NCBI GenBank assembly: GCA_963826525.1
Contig: CAWGXH010000005.1
Location: 224,001-288,000 of the forward strand
Direction of reading: 5' to 3'
Source: an uncultured Methanomicrobiaceae archaeon
GTDB lineage: Archaea > Halobacteriota > Methanomicrobia > Methanomicrobiales > Methanoculleaceae
DNA: 64,000 nt
Each line of letters starts with the position of its first letter. Within the stretch, counting starts at the first letter, position 1. Below, one piece after another: positions 12,055-23,875 of this stretch. The notes under the pieces were generated by a model that saw nothing but the letters and a program-made list of their open reading frames with translations, searched no databases and was not told the DNA's origin. Made by a program: the position numbers and the translations under genes.

Positions 12055-13936
12055 ATGATCAGCGCCTACGATACCTACCTCTTCAGACAGGGGTACCACT
12101 ACCGGCTCTACACCAAGCTCGGCGCCCGGGTTGTCGAGATCGACGGCCGGAGAGGGACGCAGTTTGCGGTCTGGGCACCGAACGCTCTGGCCGTCTCGGT
12201 CGTCGGCGACTTCAACGGCTGGAACGGCGGCGCCAATCCGCTTGTCCGGCGGCAGGACGGCTCCGGTATCTGGGAGGGCTTCGTCCCCGGCGCCCGTGAG
12301 GGTGCCCTCTATAAGTATGCGATAACCACCCCTGCCGGGTGCGTGCAGAAAGGCGACCCGTATGCACTCTTCTGGGAGACACCGCCCCGGACGGCCTCGG
12401 TCATCTGGGATCTTACGTATGCGTGGCACGACGAAGACTGGATGCGTTCCCGCCACCGCAGCAACGCGGTCGATGCGCCGCTCTCGATCTACGAACTGCA
12501 CCTCGGGTCGTGGCGGCGCCCGGAGGACGAGCCCGAACGGTTCCTGACCTATCGGGAACTTGCTGAAGAGCTCCCCGGGTACGTCCGGGAGATGGGGTTT
12601 ACCCACGTCGAGTTCCTCCCGGTGATGGAGCACCCCTTCTACGCGTCGTGGGGCTACCAGACGGTGGGCTACTATGCACCCACCAGCAGGTACGGCACGC
12701 CGCAGGACTTCATGTACCTGATCGACCGCCTCCACCAGGAGGGGATAGGGGTGATCCTCGACTGGGTGCCCTCGCACTTCCCTCTCGACGAGTACGGGCT
12801 CGCCTCCTTCGACGGCACGCACCTCTACGAGCATGCGCACGACGTTCGGGGGCTTCACCCGGAGTGGACCTGCAACACCTTCAACCACGGCAGGCACGAG
12901 GTTCGTGCATTCCTCATCAGCAATGCCCTTTTCTGGCTTGATAAGTATCACGTCGACGGAATCCGGGTGGATGCCGTCTCATCGATGCTCTACCTCGACT
13001 ACGCCCGAAAGGCCGGGGAGTGGACGCCGAACAGGTACGGCGGAAGAGAGAACCTCGAGGCGATAGACTTCCTCCGGCGGCTCAACGAGGCGATACGAAC
13101 CGACTACCCCGATACGCTCGTCATCGCCGAAGAGGCGACCTCCTGGCCGCACGTCACCGGCCCGGTTCCGGCAGGGGGGCTCGGGTTTGACCTGAAGTGG
13201 AATATGGGGTGGATGCACGACACCCTGCGCTACCTCGGACTCGACCCGATCTTCCGGCAGTACCACCATAACCTGCTGACGTTCAGTATCTGGTATGCCT
13301 TCTCCGAGCGGTATGTCCTCCCGCTCTCGCACGACGAGGTCGTCCACGGAAAATCCTCCCTGATCGGCAAGATGCACGGCAATCCCTGGCAGCGGTTTGC
13401 AAACCTCCGCCTCCTCTTCGGCTACATGTATCACCCACCCGGGCAAGAAACTCCTCTTCATGGGCGCCGAGCTCGGGCAGTGGAACGAGTGGGACCATGA
13501 TACAGGCCTTGCATGGTACCTTCTTGCATACCCCCTCCATGCCGGCGTCCGGAAGTACCTGCAGGACCTGAACCGCTTCTACCGGAACGAACCCGCACTG
13601 TATGAGCGTGACTCCGACCCGGAGGGATTTTCCTGGGTTGACTGCAGCGACGTGAAGAAGAGCATCATCAGTTATCTGCGGTCGGGCGACCCGGCGGCCG
13701 GCACCATCCTCGTCGTCTGCAACGCCACCCCCGTCCCCCGGTACGGCTACCGGGTCGGTGTCCCGGAGGGAGGAGTCTGGCACGAGGCGCTGAACAGCGA
13801 CGCCGACGTATACGGGGGAAGCGGGGTCGGAAATCTCGGCGGTGTTGCGGCCGATCCGGTTCCTCTTCACGGCCAGCCTCACTCCCTCGCGCTGACCCTG
13901 CCGCCGCTCGCAACACTCATATTCAAGCACGAGTGA
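12055..13936 (+). CDS. glgB: 1,4-alpha-glucan branching enzyme (GH13), frameshift near 13437
   Basis: [69 protein letters not shown]. Confidence 0.95.
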
Positions 13937-13945
13937 GAGTGGTGC

Positions 13946-16366
13946 ATGAGCCGGTACATCTGCATCCACGGTCACTTCTACCAGCCGCCCCGGGAGAACC
14001 CGTGGTTCGGGACGGTGGAGGTGCAGGAGTCTGCTTACCCCTATCATGACTGGAACGAACGTATCGCTGCCGAGTGTTATGGCCCGAACACCGACGCCCG
14101 CGTCCTTGACCGGGACGGGCTGATAACGGATATCGTGAGCAACTACGGGCGGATAAGTTTCAGCGCCGGCCCGACGCTCCTCTCCTGGATGGAGCGCTGC
14201 CGGCCCGATATCTACGAGGCCATCGTCGCCGCCGACCGGGAAGGGCAGGAACGGTTCGGCGGGCACGGCCCGGCGATCGCTCAGGGCTATAACCACATGA
14301 TCCTCCCCCTCGCCGATACTCGGGATAAGCGGACGCAGGTGGTCTGGGGAATACGGGATTTCGAATCCCGGTTCGGCCGGAGACCGGAAGGGATGTGGCT
14401 CCCCGAGACCGCGGTCGATCTCGAGACGCTCGATATCATGGCCGCCGAGGGCATCCGCTTCACCATCCTCGCCCCCCATCAGGCATACCGGGTCAGATCC
14501 CCGGACAGCGGGGAGTGGAGAGGAGGTCGACGGCGGCAGCCTCGACACCACTGTGCCGTACCGCTGCAATCTCCCCTCGGGACGGTCGATCGCGCTCTTC
14601 TTCTACGACGGCGCCATCTCGCACGAGATCGCGTTCGGCGATCTCCTCGACGACGGCCAGCGTTTCGCCGAACGGCTGGTGAACGCCGTAACTCCCGACC
14701 TGCCGGGGCCTCGGCTCGTTCACGTCGCCACGGACGGGGAGACCTACGGCCACCACCGCCGGTTTACGGAGATGGCGCTCGCCTACTGCCTCCGAACGAT
14801 CGAACGGGTGGGGCGAGCCAATCTCACCGTCTATGGCGAGTACCCTGGAGCGCTTCCCTCCCGACCGCGAGGTAGAGATCCGTGAGAACACCTCCTGGAG
14901 CTGCGTCCACGGGATCGAACGGTGGCGGAGCGGGTGCACCTGCGGCACCGGGAAGTACCCGAACGGGACGCACGAGTGGCGGGTCGGCCTCCGCGAGGCT
15001 ACCGTTCGCCTCCGGGAGCGGCTACGTGACCTCTACGTGGGCCGGATCGCCTCACTGGTGCGCGACCCCTGGGAGGCACGCAATGATTACATCAGCCTCA
15101 TCAGGGATAGATCGGACGCGAGTGTCGATCGGTTTCTTGCCCGTCACGGAGCGGCGAACCTCCTGCCGGACGAGACGGCAATGCTGCTCCGGCTCCTTGA
15201 GATGGAACGGCAGGCGATGCTGATGGCTACCAGCTGCGGCTGGTTCTTCGACGACATCTCCGAGCTCGGCTCGGTGCAGGTGATGCGGCACGCGGCGCGG
15301 GCGATGCACCTTGCCGAGGAGATCTTAGGCGTTGACCTCGAGGACGAGTATGTGAGCCCGCTTTCAAGCGCTCCGAGCAATGCAGTAAAATATGGGAACG
15401 GCGCCGAGGTCTATGCTGCCTGTGTCCGGCCGTATCGGATGGACCTCTCCAGGGTCGCCGTCCACTTCGCCGCACTCACGCTCTCCGGCGATCTGCAGAT
15501 GCCGATATGCCGGCCGAGTATACCGGCACGTTCACGGCTGGAGAGGGATGATGGGCTGGCGATCGGCGGTTTACGGCAGGGACGTTCTCCCTTCGCTCCG
15601 CCGTGACTCAGGAGGTCGTCAGCCTCGACTGCGCCGCCCTCTCCACCGGTTCCGGTCTGTTCGTTCTCGGCACACGGCCGCATACGGATGGCGAGGCGGC
15701 GGCGGCTCCTCTTCCGGAATGCGGCGAAGGCTCTCTCGGAGACCGAGGATGAACAGATGCACGCAACCTTCGCCGATGTCTTCGGCGATGCGACTCTATC
15801 CGCTCCGGAGTCTCACCCGCGACGAACAGACGACCATCCTGCACCGCATCCTCGCATCCCGGCACCGGGCGGCGGAGCGTGCTGCCAGGGGGATCGCCCG
15901 GCAGCACGGCCCGCTGCTCCCGCTCATCGGCGAACTCGGGCAGAGGCCGCCTTCCGACTACGCCGGGTTCATCCTGGAGGCGGAACTTTCGACGCTGCTC
16001 ACCGGACGGGAGATCGACCCGGGGTCACTCGAGACAGTTCTCTCGGCGATGGAAGCCTGGGGGGTGCGGCCGGAGGGCCCGGGGACGAACCGGGCGGCGA
16101 CGGATCGACTGACCGCGTGCCTACAACGCCTTGCGCGGACACCCGGCGATCCCTCTCTGCCCGGCAGCATCGTGGAGAGTATCGGAGCCTTTGAGCGAAT
16201 ACCGGTCAGGCCCGACCTCCGCGAGAGCCAGGACATCTTCTTCTCGATATACCAGCAGCAGTATGCAGATATGCAGCGGCGGGCGGGCATGGGAGATCCC
16301 GCTGCCGCGGAATGGCTTAATACCTTTCAGCGACTGGGAGTATACCTGATGGTGAAGATCCGATGA
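13946..16366 (+). CDS. GH57 family protein with DUF3536 domain (several frameshifts)
   Basis: ICIHGHFYQPPRENPW, YHDWNERI, YNHMILPL, intact nucleophile motif GMWLPETA, ATDGETYGHH, SWSCVHGIERW, TSCGWFFDD. Confidence 0.9.
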
Positions 16367-16427
16367 CCGACCACGGAGAACCTGCAGACCCGATCGGATG
16401 CGTGCCCCACCCTCCGGCGGTGGGAGC

Positions 16428-17926
16428 ATGACCGTCCGGAAGAGCGGCGTCCTCCTCCCGATACCATCCCTTCCCTCCCCTTACGGCATCGGTGATCTCG
16501 GGCCTCATGCATACCGGTTTTGCGGATTTCCTCGCCCGTGCCGGGCAGACGCTCTGGCAGATCCTCCCCATAAATCCCATCAGCACGATCAACGGCAACT
16601 CGCCCTACCAGAGCCTCTCTGCTTTTGCGTTCAACACCCTGCTCATCAGCCCGGAACAACTGGTCGCGGTCGGTCTGCTCGATCAGGCCGATATCGAACC
16701 CTGGCCGGCGTTCCCCGAAGACCGGGTGGACTACCGCGGCATGGCCGAATATAAATCCGGGCTCTTTGATCGTGCCTATACCCGGTTTCGGGAGAGGGGG
16801 GAGGACGCGAACTTCAGGACTTTCTGCGATGCGAACCGCTCGTGGCTCGACGACTATGCCCTCTTTGTCGCGCTCAAAGAGAGTAGCGGCGGGCGCCCCT
16901 GGAACGAATGGGCGCCTGAAGTGCGTGACCGCGACCCGGGGGCACTCGAGCGGAAGGCCTCCGAGCTTGCAGACCGGATCGAGCGGGAGCGGTTCCTGCA
17001 GTACGTTGTCTTTCGCCAGTGGTCGTGGCTGAAGCGGTACTGCCGGCAGCGGGGCATCCAGATCGTCGGTGACATCCCTATCTATGTCACCTACGATAGC
17101 GCCGACGTCTGGACGAACCCGGGGCTCTTCAAGCTGGAGGACGATAAAACGCCGTCGGTCGTCGCCGGTGTCCCCGGGGACTATTTTAACCCCGACGGTC
17201 AGCTCTGGGGCAACCCGGTCTACGACTGGGATGCGCTCCGGGCACAGGGATATCGCTGGTGGATACAGCGGGTCGAGCATACCCTCTCTCTTGTCGACCA
17301 GGCCCAGGATCGATCACTTCCGCGGTTTTGTCGGGTACTGGGAGGTGCCGGCATCCGAGAAGACAGCACGGAACGGCTACTGGATGGCAGGGCCTGGTCA
17401 GGACTTCTTCATCCACCTTCTCCGTTCGCTCCCCTGCCTCCCCTTCATCGCCGAAGATCTCGGGTTCATCACCGCCGAGGTGCGTGAACTGATGCACCGA
17501 CTTTCCCTGCCCGGTATGCGTCTCCTCATCTTCGGATTCCTCGGCGATCCCGCCGGCAGTCCGTTCACCCCGCATAATTATCCGCCTCACGCCGTCGCCT
17601 ACACGGGTACGCACGACACCAACACCGTGCGGGGATGGTTCGAGGAGGAGGCCGGCCAGGATCAGCGGCGGGCGTTCTTCCACTACATCGGCAGGGAGAT
17701 TCCTACAGACACCGTTCACTGGGAGTTTGTGCGGCTCGTCATGATGTCGGTCGCGGAGACCGTGATCATCCCGATGCAGGATCTCCTCGGACTCGGCGCA
17801 GAAGCCCGGATGAACCGGCCGGGTATAGCAGAGGGGAACTGGGAATGGCGAGTGAAGGCGGATCAGTTATCAGACGATCTCGCCGGCCGCCTCTCTGCCA
17901 TGGCGACGGTTTACGGAAGGGCATGA
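16428..17926 (+). CDS. malQ: 4-alpha-glucanotransferase (GH77), copy 2 (frameshifted)
   Basis: SGVLLPIPSLPS.YGIGDLG, WQILP, GQLWGNP, RIDHFRG, IAEDLG, YTGTHD, RMNRPG. Confidence 0.92.
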
Positions 17927-18026
17927 AAATTGCAGCATTTTGCCGGATCTGCCCTCTACACTAATATACTGCGAAGTATATAATTATAAACACAGGCGTA
18001 AGGATGCGCCCCAGGTGGTAGCAGAC

Positions 18027-20176
18027 ATGGAGGACGGAAAGAGAGAGCAGTTTTCACGCGTTCCGGAGCGGATCGCAGGTCTCGTCGACCTTGCATACAA
18101 TCTCTGGTGGAGCTGGAATCCGGAAGCACGGTTCCTCTTCAAACAGACTGAATCAGCAGGCCTGGAAGGCGAGCACTCACAACCCGGTCAGGATGCTCCG
18201 CGAGATCCCGCAGGAGTTTCTCGACAGAGCCGCCGCACATCCCGAATATCTCCACCGCTACGATATAATCATGCACCGGTTCCGCCGGTATATGGAGGCG
18301 ACCGGGGGATGGTTCTCGGAGAAGTTCGGCGAGAGCGACATCCCGACGATCGCGTACTTCTCTGCCGAGTACGGTCTCCACCATTCGCTCCCGTTCTATG
18401 CGGGGGGGCTCGGGTTCCTGGCCGGGGATCACCTCAAGGAGTGCAGCGACCTCGGCGTCCCCATGGTTGCCGTCGGGTTCATGTACTCAAAGGGCTACCT
18501 CCACCAGCATATCCGTCCCGACGGCTGGCAGGACGGCATCAATGAGCCTCTCGACCGCGAGGCCGCTCCCATAACACAGGGTACTCGACGAGAGCGGCGA
18601 GCAGATTATCGTCCAGGTGCCGCACATCGAACCGCCGATCTATGTCGCGGTCTGGAAAGTGCAGGTCGGGAGAGTCCCCGTCTACCTCCTCGATACCGAT
18701 ATCCCGATCAATGACCCTGCTGCGAGGACGATCTCCTCGCAGCTCTATATCGGTGATAGGGAGCAGCGCCTCCGCCAGGAGATCGTTCTCGGGATCGGCG
18801 GTCGGAAAGTGCTGCACGCTCTCGGGATCGAGTACTCGGCGGTGCACCTCAACGAAGGCCATCCGGCGTTTGCGCTGCTCGAGCGGATCCGCGAGCGGGT
18901 CGAGATCGGCATGTCCTTCGAACAGGCGCTGGAATACGTGCGGGGCACCTCGGTCTTCACGACGCACACCCCGGTCCCGGCAGGCCACGACGTCTTCCCC
19001 TTCGACCTGATCGACCGCTACTTCGGGAGCTACTACCCGTCCCTTGGAATCGACCGGAACACGTTCTTCCAACTCGGCCTCCACCCGGAGTATCCCGAGA
19101 ACGGTTTTAACATGACGGCACTTGCTCTCCGGGCATCCGCGCACCATAACGGCGTCTCCCGGACGAACGGCGTGGTCGCCCGGGATATGTGGAAGTGCCT
19201 CTGGCCGGGAGCGCCGGAGGGGTGTGTTCCCATCGATCACGTGACAAACGGCGTCCACGTTCCCACCTGGATGAATCCCCGGGTGCGGGAGCTCTACGAC
19301 CGGCACATCGGGCCGGTCTGCCCGGACTGGATGGAGGTGCACGACGATCCGGCGATCTGGAAACTCGCCGATGAGATCCCGGATGAAGAACTCTGGCACC
19401 TGCACCAGTGGCTGAAGGCAAAACTCTTCAACCGGATGCGGGAGCGAAAACGGGTGAAGTGGAACGAAGGGCGGAACGAGCCGATCAACCTCGTGGCCGA
19501 GGGAGCGTTCTTGAACCCCTCCATCCTCACCATCGGGTTTGCCCGCCGGTTCTCGACCTACAAACGTGCGAACCTGATCTTTGAGGATCTCGATCGGTTA
19601 AAGCGGATCCTGACCAATCCGTGGCGCCCGGTGCAGATAATCTTCGCCGGGAAAGCTCACCCTTCGGACAACGACGGCAAACGCATCCTCCAGGAGATCT
19701 ACCGGTACGCACAGCAGCCCGAGTTCGGCGGGCGGATCGCCTTTGTAGAGGATTACGGCGAGCAGATGGCGCAGTACCTGGTGCACGGTGTCGATGTCTG
19801 GCTCAACAACCCGCTGCCGCCGATGGAAGCGAGCGGGACGAGCGGGATGAAGGCGTCCTTAAACGGCGTCTTAAACCTCTCCATCCTCGACGGCTGGTGG
19901 GTCGAAGGGTATAACGGCAGAAACGGCTGGGCGTTCGGCGGGGAGGCGGTCTCATGCAACCGCGACGAGGTCGACGCCGGCGCCATCTATCGCATCCTCG
20001 AAGAAGAGGTCATCCCGCGCTATTACTCCCGGTCGATCGACGGCATTCCCCATGACTGGGTGAAGATGATGAAGGAGTCGATCATGAGCAACAGTCCGCA
20101 GTTCTCTGCACGGCGGATGGTCAAGGAGTACGTCTGGAAGTCACTACCCCTCCCTCCAGAAGGCTGCCGAGGCTGA
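18027..20176 (+). CDS. glgP: Alpha-glucan (glycogen) phosphorylase (frameshifted; 3' end uncertain)
   Basis: LAYNLWWSW, AYFSAEYG, YAGGLGFLAGDHLK, HLNEGH, TNGVH, FARRFSTYKR, FAGKAHP, PLP motif EASGTSGMK. Confidence 0.95.
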
Positions 20177-20348
20177 TTATCGTGCGGTCTGCGCCGTCTC
20201 GGAGAAGAAAACCGCATGGAACCTTGAGCGCAGGCGCGGCGGGAGTGAGGCGATCAAGTTTCCGGGCGAGACCGACTGAGGGCGGCACCCCCTTTCCTTT
20301 TTTATACGAGCAGCGGCACTATCCTCCAGCCCCATTGGCGAGGTGATG

Positions 20349-21483
20349 GTGATGTCTGAAGTATTCATTCACGGTGTGCCCGCCGACGCACCGGCACGGG
20401 AACTCTCCGCTGCAATTACGGATGTCTTTCTGAAGGCTACCGGCAGCCTCTCGTGGCTCTCTCCCGGCGATACCGTCCTCTTAAAGCCCGCCCATAACTC
20501 GGGCGACCCGTATCCGGCGACGGCGAACCCGCTCGTCGTCCATGCGGTCGCCGATCTTCTTGCCGGGCAGGGCGCCGAGGTCGTCGTCGGCGACCAGGCA
20601 GGCGTCGCGGCCGTGGTGCAGAACCCGTCGGGCGTGGTCAAAGGCTCGACGACCGACCTCTTCCAGGAGAGCGGGATGAGCAGAGGCGGAGCCCACCGGT
20701 TCGTCGGCTTCGAGCGGGAAGGGTGGGATACGGGCTACTCGCACTTCCCGGCCGATCAGGCGCCCTCCTGGCCGAACGGGTTTTACTATTCGTCGTGGAT
20801 CGACCGGGTCGACCACGTCGTCGCCCTGCCGCGGCTCTCCACCCATTCCCAGGCAGGAGTAACCCTCGGGTTCAAGAACTGGGTCGGGATCCTCCGCGAC
20901 GACTCCAGGGTTGAGTTCCATGCGGAAGGCCCTTTCTACTCCTTCATCGAGAGTGCGGTGAAGGACGCGAACCTCAAGACCGACTACCGAAGCCGGGATG
21001 CGTTCTTCGAGCGGATCTGCGAGATCGCGCTTGCGGTGCGAGACAAACTCAGGGTGACGCTCTTTGTCGGCACGCAGGCGCAGGTTACATTCGGGCCGAA
21101 TGCCTATGCCGTGCACAACAGCTACGGCGGCCTCGGGGAGGCGCATGTGGTCACCCCCGATCCCGGCGTCGTCTTCGCGAGCGCCGATCCGGTTGCGGCG
21201 GAGATCGTGGGGCTTGCATTCCTCACGCACCTCTATGAGAGCGTGCCCTTCTACCAGAAGCTCTCCTGGAAGGCGGCACTCTTCGCGAACGGCCAGGCAC
21301 AGGAACTCGGTGAGCAGAGCGTCTGGGAAAACCCCTTCGTCGTTCACGCTCTCGCGCTCGGCTTCGGAAGTCGCGACGTGGAGGCACGGTACACGGCAGT
21401 GCCGGACGATCTACGGGAGCAGTTCGACGCGCTCATCGGGGATACCCGGGCGGTGGCACCGGGTGGCGTCAGGACCCGGGTGA
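20349..21483 (+). CDS. DUF362 domain-containing protein
   Basis: PGDTVLLKP, LPRLSTH...GVTLGFKNWVG, ASADPVAAE; true stop probably the TGA at 21481-21483 once one extra base near 21477-21480 is removed. Confidence 0.8.
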
Positions 21484-21664
21484 GCGACTCGAGCTCTTCC
21501 TGGATGGTCTTTCGGATCATCCGCTCGATCTTCTCGTATTCGGCCCGTGCCTTCTCGGTTCGGGCAATGATATCAGCCATTTTTATCACTCCCGCGGAGA
21601 GCGAGTCCCCGTAGGTGAGCGCAATTGCCAGTGCCTCTTCATCGATCCGGACGACCTTCGACAT
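21469..21664 (-). CDS. Small (about 64 aa) putative ribbon-helix-helix DNA-binding protein with coiled-coil tail
   Basis: MSKVVRIDEEALAIALTYGDSLSAGVIKMADII fits a beta strand then two helices; tail EKARAEYEKIERMIRKTIQEELESL; preceded by a TATA box and three palindromes; fold call is inferred. Confidence 0.65.
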
Positions 21665-21665
21665 T

Positions 21666-21740
21666 GTTACAGTAGTGTAACGCTCACGGATATAATGTTA
21701 CAGTTTTGTAACGGCATCCGGTGCGTTACAGAACTGTAAC
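21666..21740. promoter_or_regulatory. Three GTTACA-N4-TGTAAC palindromic operators around a minus-strand TATA box (TTATAT at 21695-21690)
   Basis: GTTACAgtagTGTAAC 21666-21681; GTTACAgtttTGTAAC 21697-21712; GTTACAgaacTGTAAC 21725-21740. Confidence 0.85.
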
Positions 21741-21816
21741 ATTCCCGCAGGAGCCCCGGATGAGACTCGCGGCGTCTTACTCCGCTTTGGCATAGAGCAG
21801 GAGGGGGTGACCCGTC

Positions 21817-23330
21817 TCATCGGTGAGCACGAGGCTCCTCTCCTCGAGGCGGTACCCGGTCACGCCTCGAGGAGCATGAAGACTGCTCCTCCTGCTCCAT
21901 CACGCCTGTGGGTTCGGTGAAGAGGATATCCGTCCGATAACCGGGTGCGAAGAGAGCGAGATGCTCGATCCGGTGATCGGGATAATAATTTCCCGCATTT
22001 CCGCCCATCCGGCCTCTCCAGAAGAAGCGGTGATTGCAGTACCGTCGAGGGAGACCGTCCAGAGGTCACTTGACCCCGGTAGGACTGCAGCGTCCAGTTC
22101 GACCCGGCGAGAATCGTCCAGGATTCACTGACTGCCTCGAAATTCCAGAATGAGTCCCTCCGGCATCGATGAGCGTCAGCCGGTCGCCCTCGATCCGGTA
22201 CTCCGCCGTCGTGCTGAGAAGGTTGAGGTAGCGAGTCTCCTGCTCCATCACGCCCGCGGGCTCGGTGCAGTGCATCTTGGTCGAACCGATCGAACCGATC
22301 GTCAGCCGGTTGCCGTCGACGGTGTAGTCCCCGCCGTAGGAATTGCACCCGGCAGACCCGCCGACCGAGCCGTTCCCGAATATCGCGGTGATCTCCGTCC
22401 CGGCGATGAGCGAGGAGACGGTATCGCCCGGCCCTCCGATGGTGGTCAGCGTCCAGGTCGTGTTCTCGAGCGGCAGCGGTGCAGATTCTGGCACCGCCCG
22501 GAACTCCAGCACCGCCTCACCCGATCCGCCCGTGAGCATCAGCCGGTCGCCCTCGATCCGGTACCCCGCCGCCGCGCCGAGAGGTCGAGGTAGCGGTCTT
22601 CCTGCTCCATGATCCCGGCCGGATCACGGCAGTACATCTCCGTCCGGAAGAGTGATCCAAAGGTGAGGGCCGACCCGTTCTCCGTATATTCTCCGCCGTA
22701 ACTGTTGCAACCGGCGGAGCCGCCGACAGACCCATTTCCGAAGATCGCCGTGACACGGGTGCCGGTGATGACCGATACCATCGTGGCATTACCGCTGCTA
22801 TATGACTGAAGCTCCCATGTCGGCCCTTCGAGATGCACCGTATCAGGGGCGCCTGCCCGTTCGTAGGTCAGGATCGGCCGTCCTTCGGGATCGAGGAATA
22901 CCAACTGGTCGCCCTCGACCCGGAAGGCTGCTGCCGATCCGAGAAGGTCGAGATACCTGCTCTCCTGGTCCATGATCCCCGGGGGCTCCGTGCAGGCCAT
23001 CAGCGTCGAGACGATCGAGGTGATCTCGATGGCGGTTCCCGAAACGCTATAGGATCCCGAGTAGCCGTTGCACCCGGCCGAGCCGGTGACGAGGCCGCCC
23101 TCGGTGAAGTTGGCGGTTATCGTCGTTCCCTGCAATACGGGAGTTTCAGTCCCGTTTTCGTCTGCGTACGAAAGGAGCGTCCAGGCCGAGCCGGCCAATG
23201 AGCCGGCGTCGGGGCCTGCCGTTGTTCCCCCCCACGTGCACCCGGCGGATACGATGCATGCAGCAATAATGACGAGCAGTGCCACCTTTGCCGCTCCATG
23301 CTGCCGGTTCCAGGCACTCTTTTGCACCAT
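21817..23330 (-). CDS. Lipoprotein with tandem META (HslJ-like) domains (frameshifted; last repeat degenerate)
   Basis: Lipoprotein-type signal IIAACIVSAGC; three clear repeats of W.L...ITA.F..G...GSAGCN.Y.G.Y...T.M.C.EP.G.M.QE.RYL, plus a fourth decayed copy near 21830-22110. Confidence 0.85.
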
Positions 23331-23427
23331 AGTCTGGGTATAAGGCCGTGGAGGAGAAAAAGGGATTGTTGACTTCGAAATTCTTCGGATCTATTCGTGT
23401 ACTATCGCCGGGCATGCATGATCCGGG

Positions 23428-23856
23428 TCACACTCCCGGATACGATCTACCCTCCGCCTGATCTGCCGCCGGCACGGAGAAGTGCGACTGGGCAAGGAGC
23501 CAGGCGTGCCCCGTACCGCGGAAGACCGCGGTATACCGACCGACGATCTGCAGGCGCTCGCCGCCGACAGTGGCACCGACCGTCATGCCGCACATCACCC
23601 AGGCGATCGTCCCCTCGGCGCTGATCCGGATATCCGAATATGCAACAGTGATCTCTGATCCTTCCCGTGTATCGCGCTCGAACTGTCGGCGGAATGCGTC
23701 TTTCCCGATTACCGTCTCATCCGCCCCGGTGCCGAAACCCCGGCACTCCGCGTCGACGAGCGCCATCATGCCCTCTGCGTCTTTTGTCTCGAGAGCCCCG
23801 GCGATCCGCTCGAGCATACGCAGTATCTGGTTTCTTGTCTGCTCACTGACCTTCAT
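23428..23856 (-). CDS. NTF2/SnoaL-like protein
   Basis: GFGTGADETVIG, AEGTIAWV, GRYTAVFRGTGHAWLLAQSHFSVP. Confidence 0.85.
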   Translation of the reverse strand: MKVSEQTRNQILRMLERIAGALETKDAEGMMALVDAECRGFGTGADETVIGKDAFRRQFERDTREGSEITVAYSDIRISAEGTIAWVMCGMTVGATVGGERLQIVGRYTAVFRGTGHAWLLAQSHFSVPAADQAEGRSYPGV

Positions 23857-23875
23857 ACCAGAAGTTCGCGCGTGA

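Noticed and set aside
7857-20176. Programmed frameshifting or phase variation in the glycogen genes
   Set aside because: Indels are scattered across unrelated housekeeping genes with no shared slippery site or long homopolymer tract
21344-21614. Apparent 271-bp antiparallel overlap between the DUF362 ORF and the small RHH-like ORF
   Set aside because: Deleting one base in GACCCGGGTGA (about 21473-21483) creates a TGA stop in both frames, leaving only a short tail overlap; almost certainly an indel error
21666-21740. Possible mini-CRISPR array
   Set aside because: Units are only 16 bp with 12-15 bp gaps, far too short for repeats and spacers, and there are no cas genes; better explained as operators
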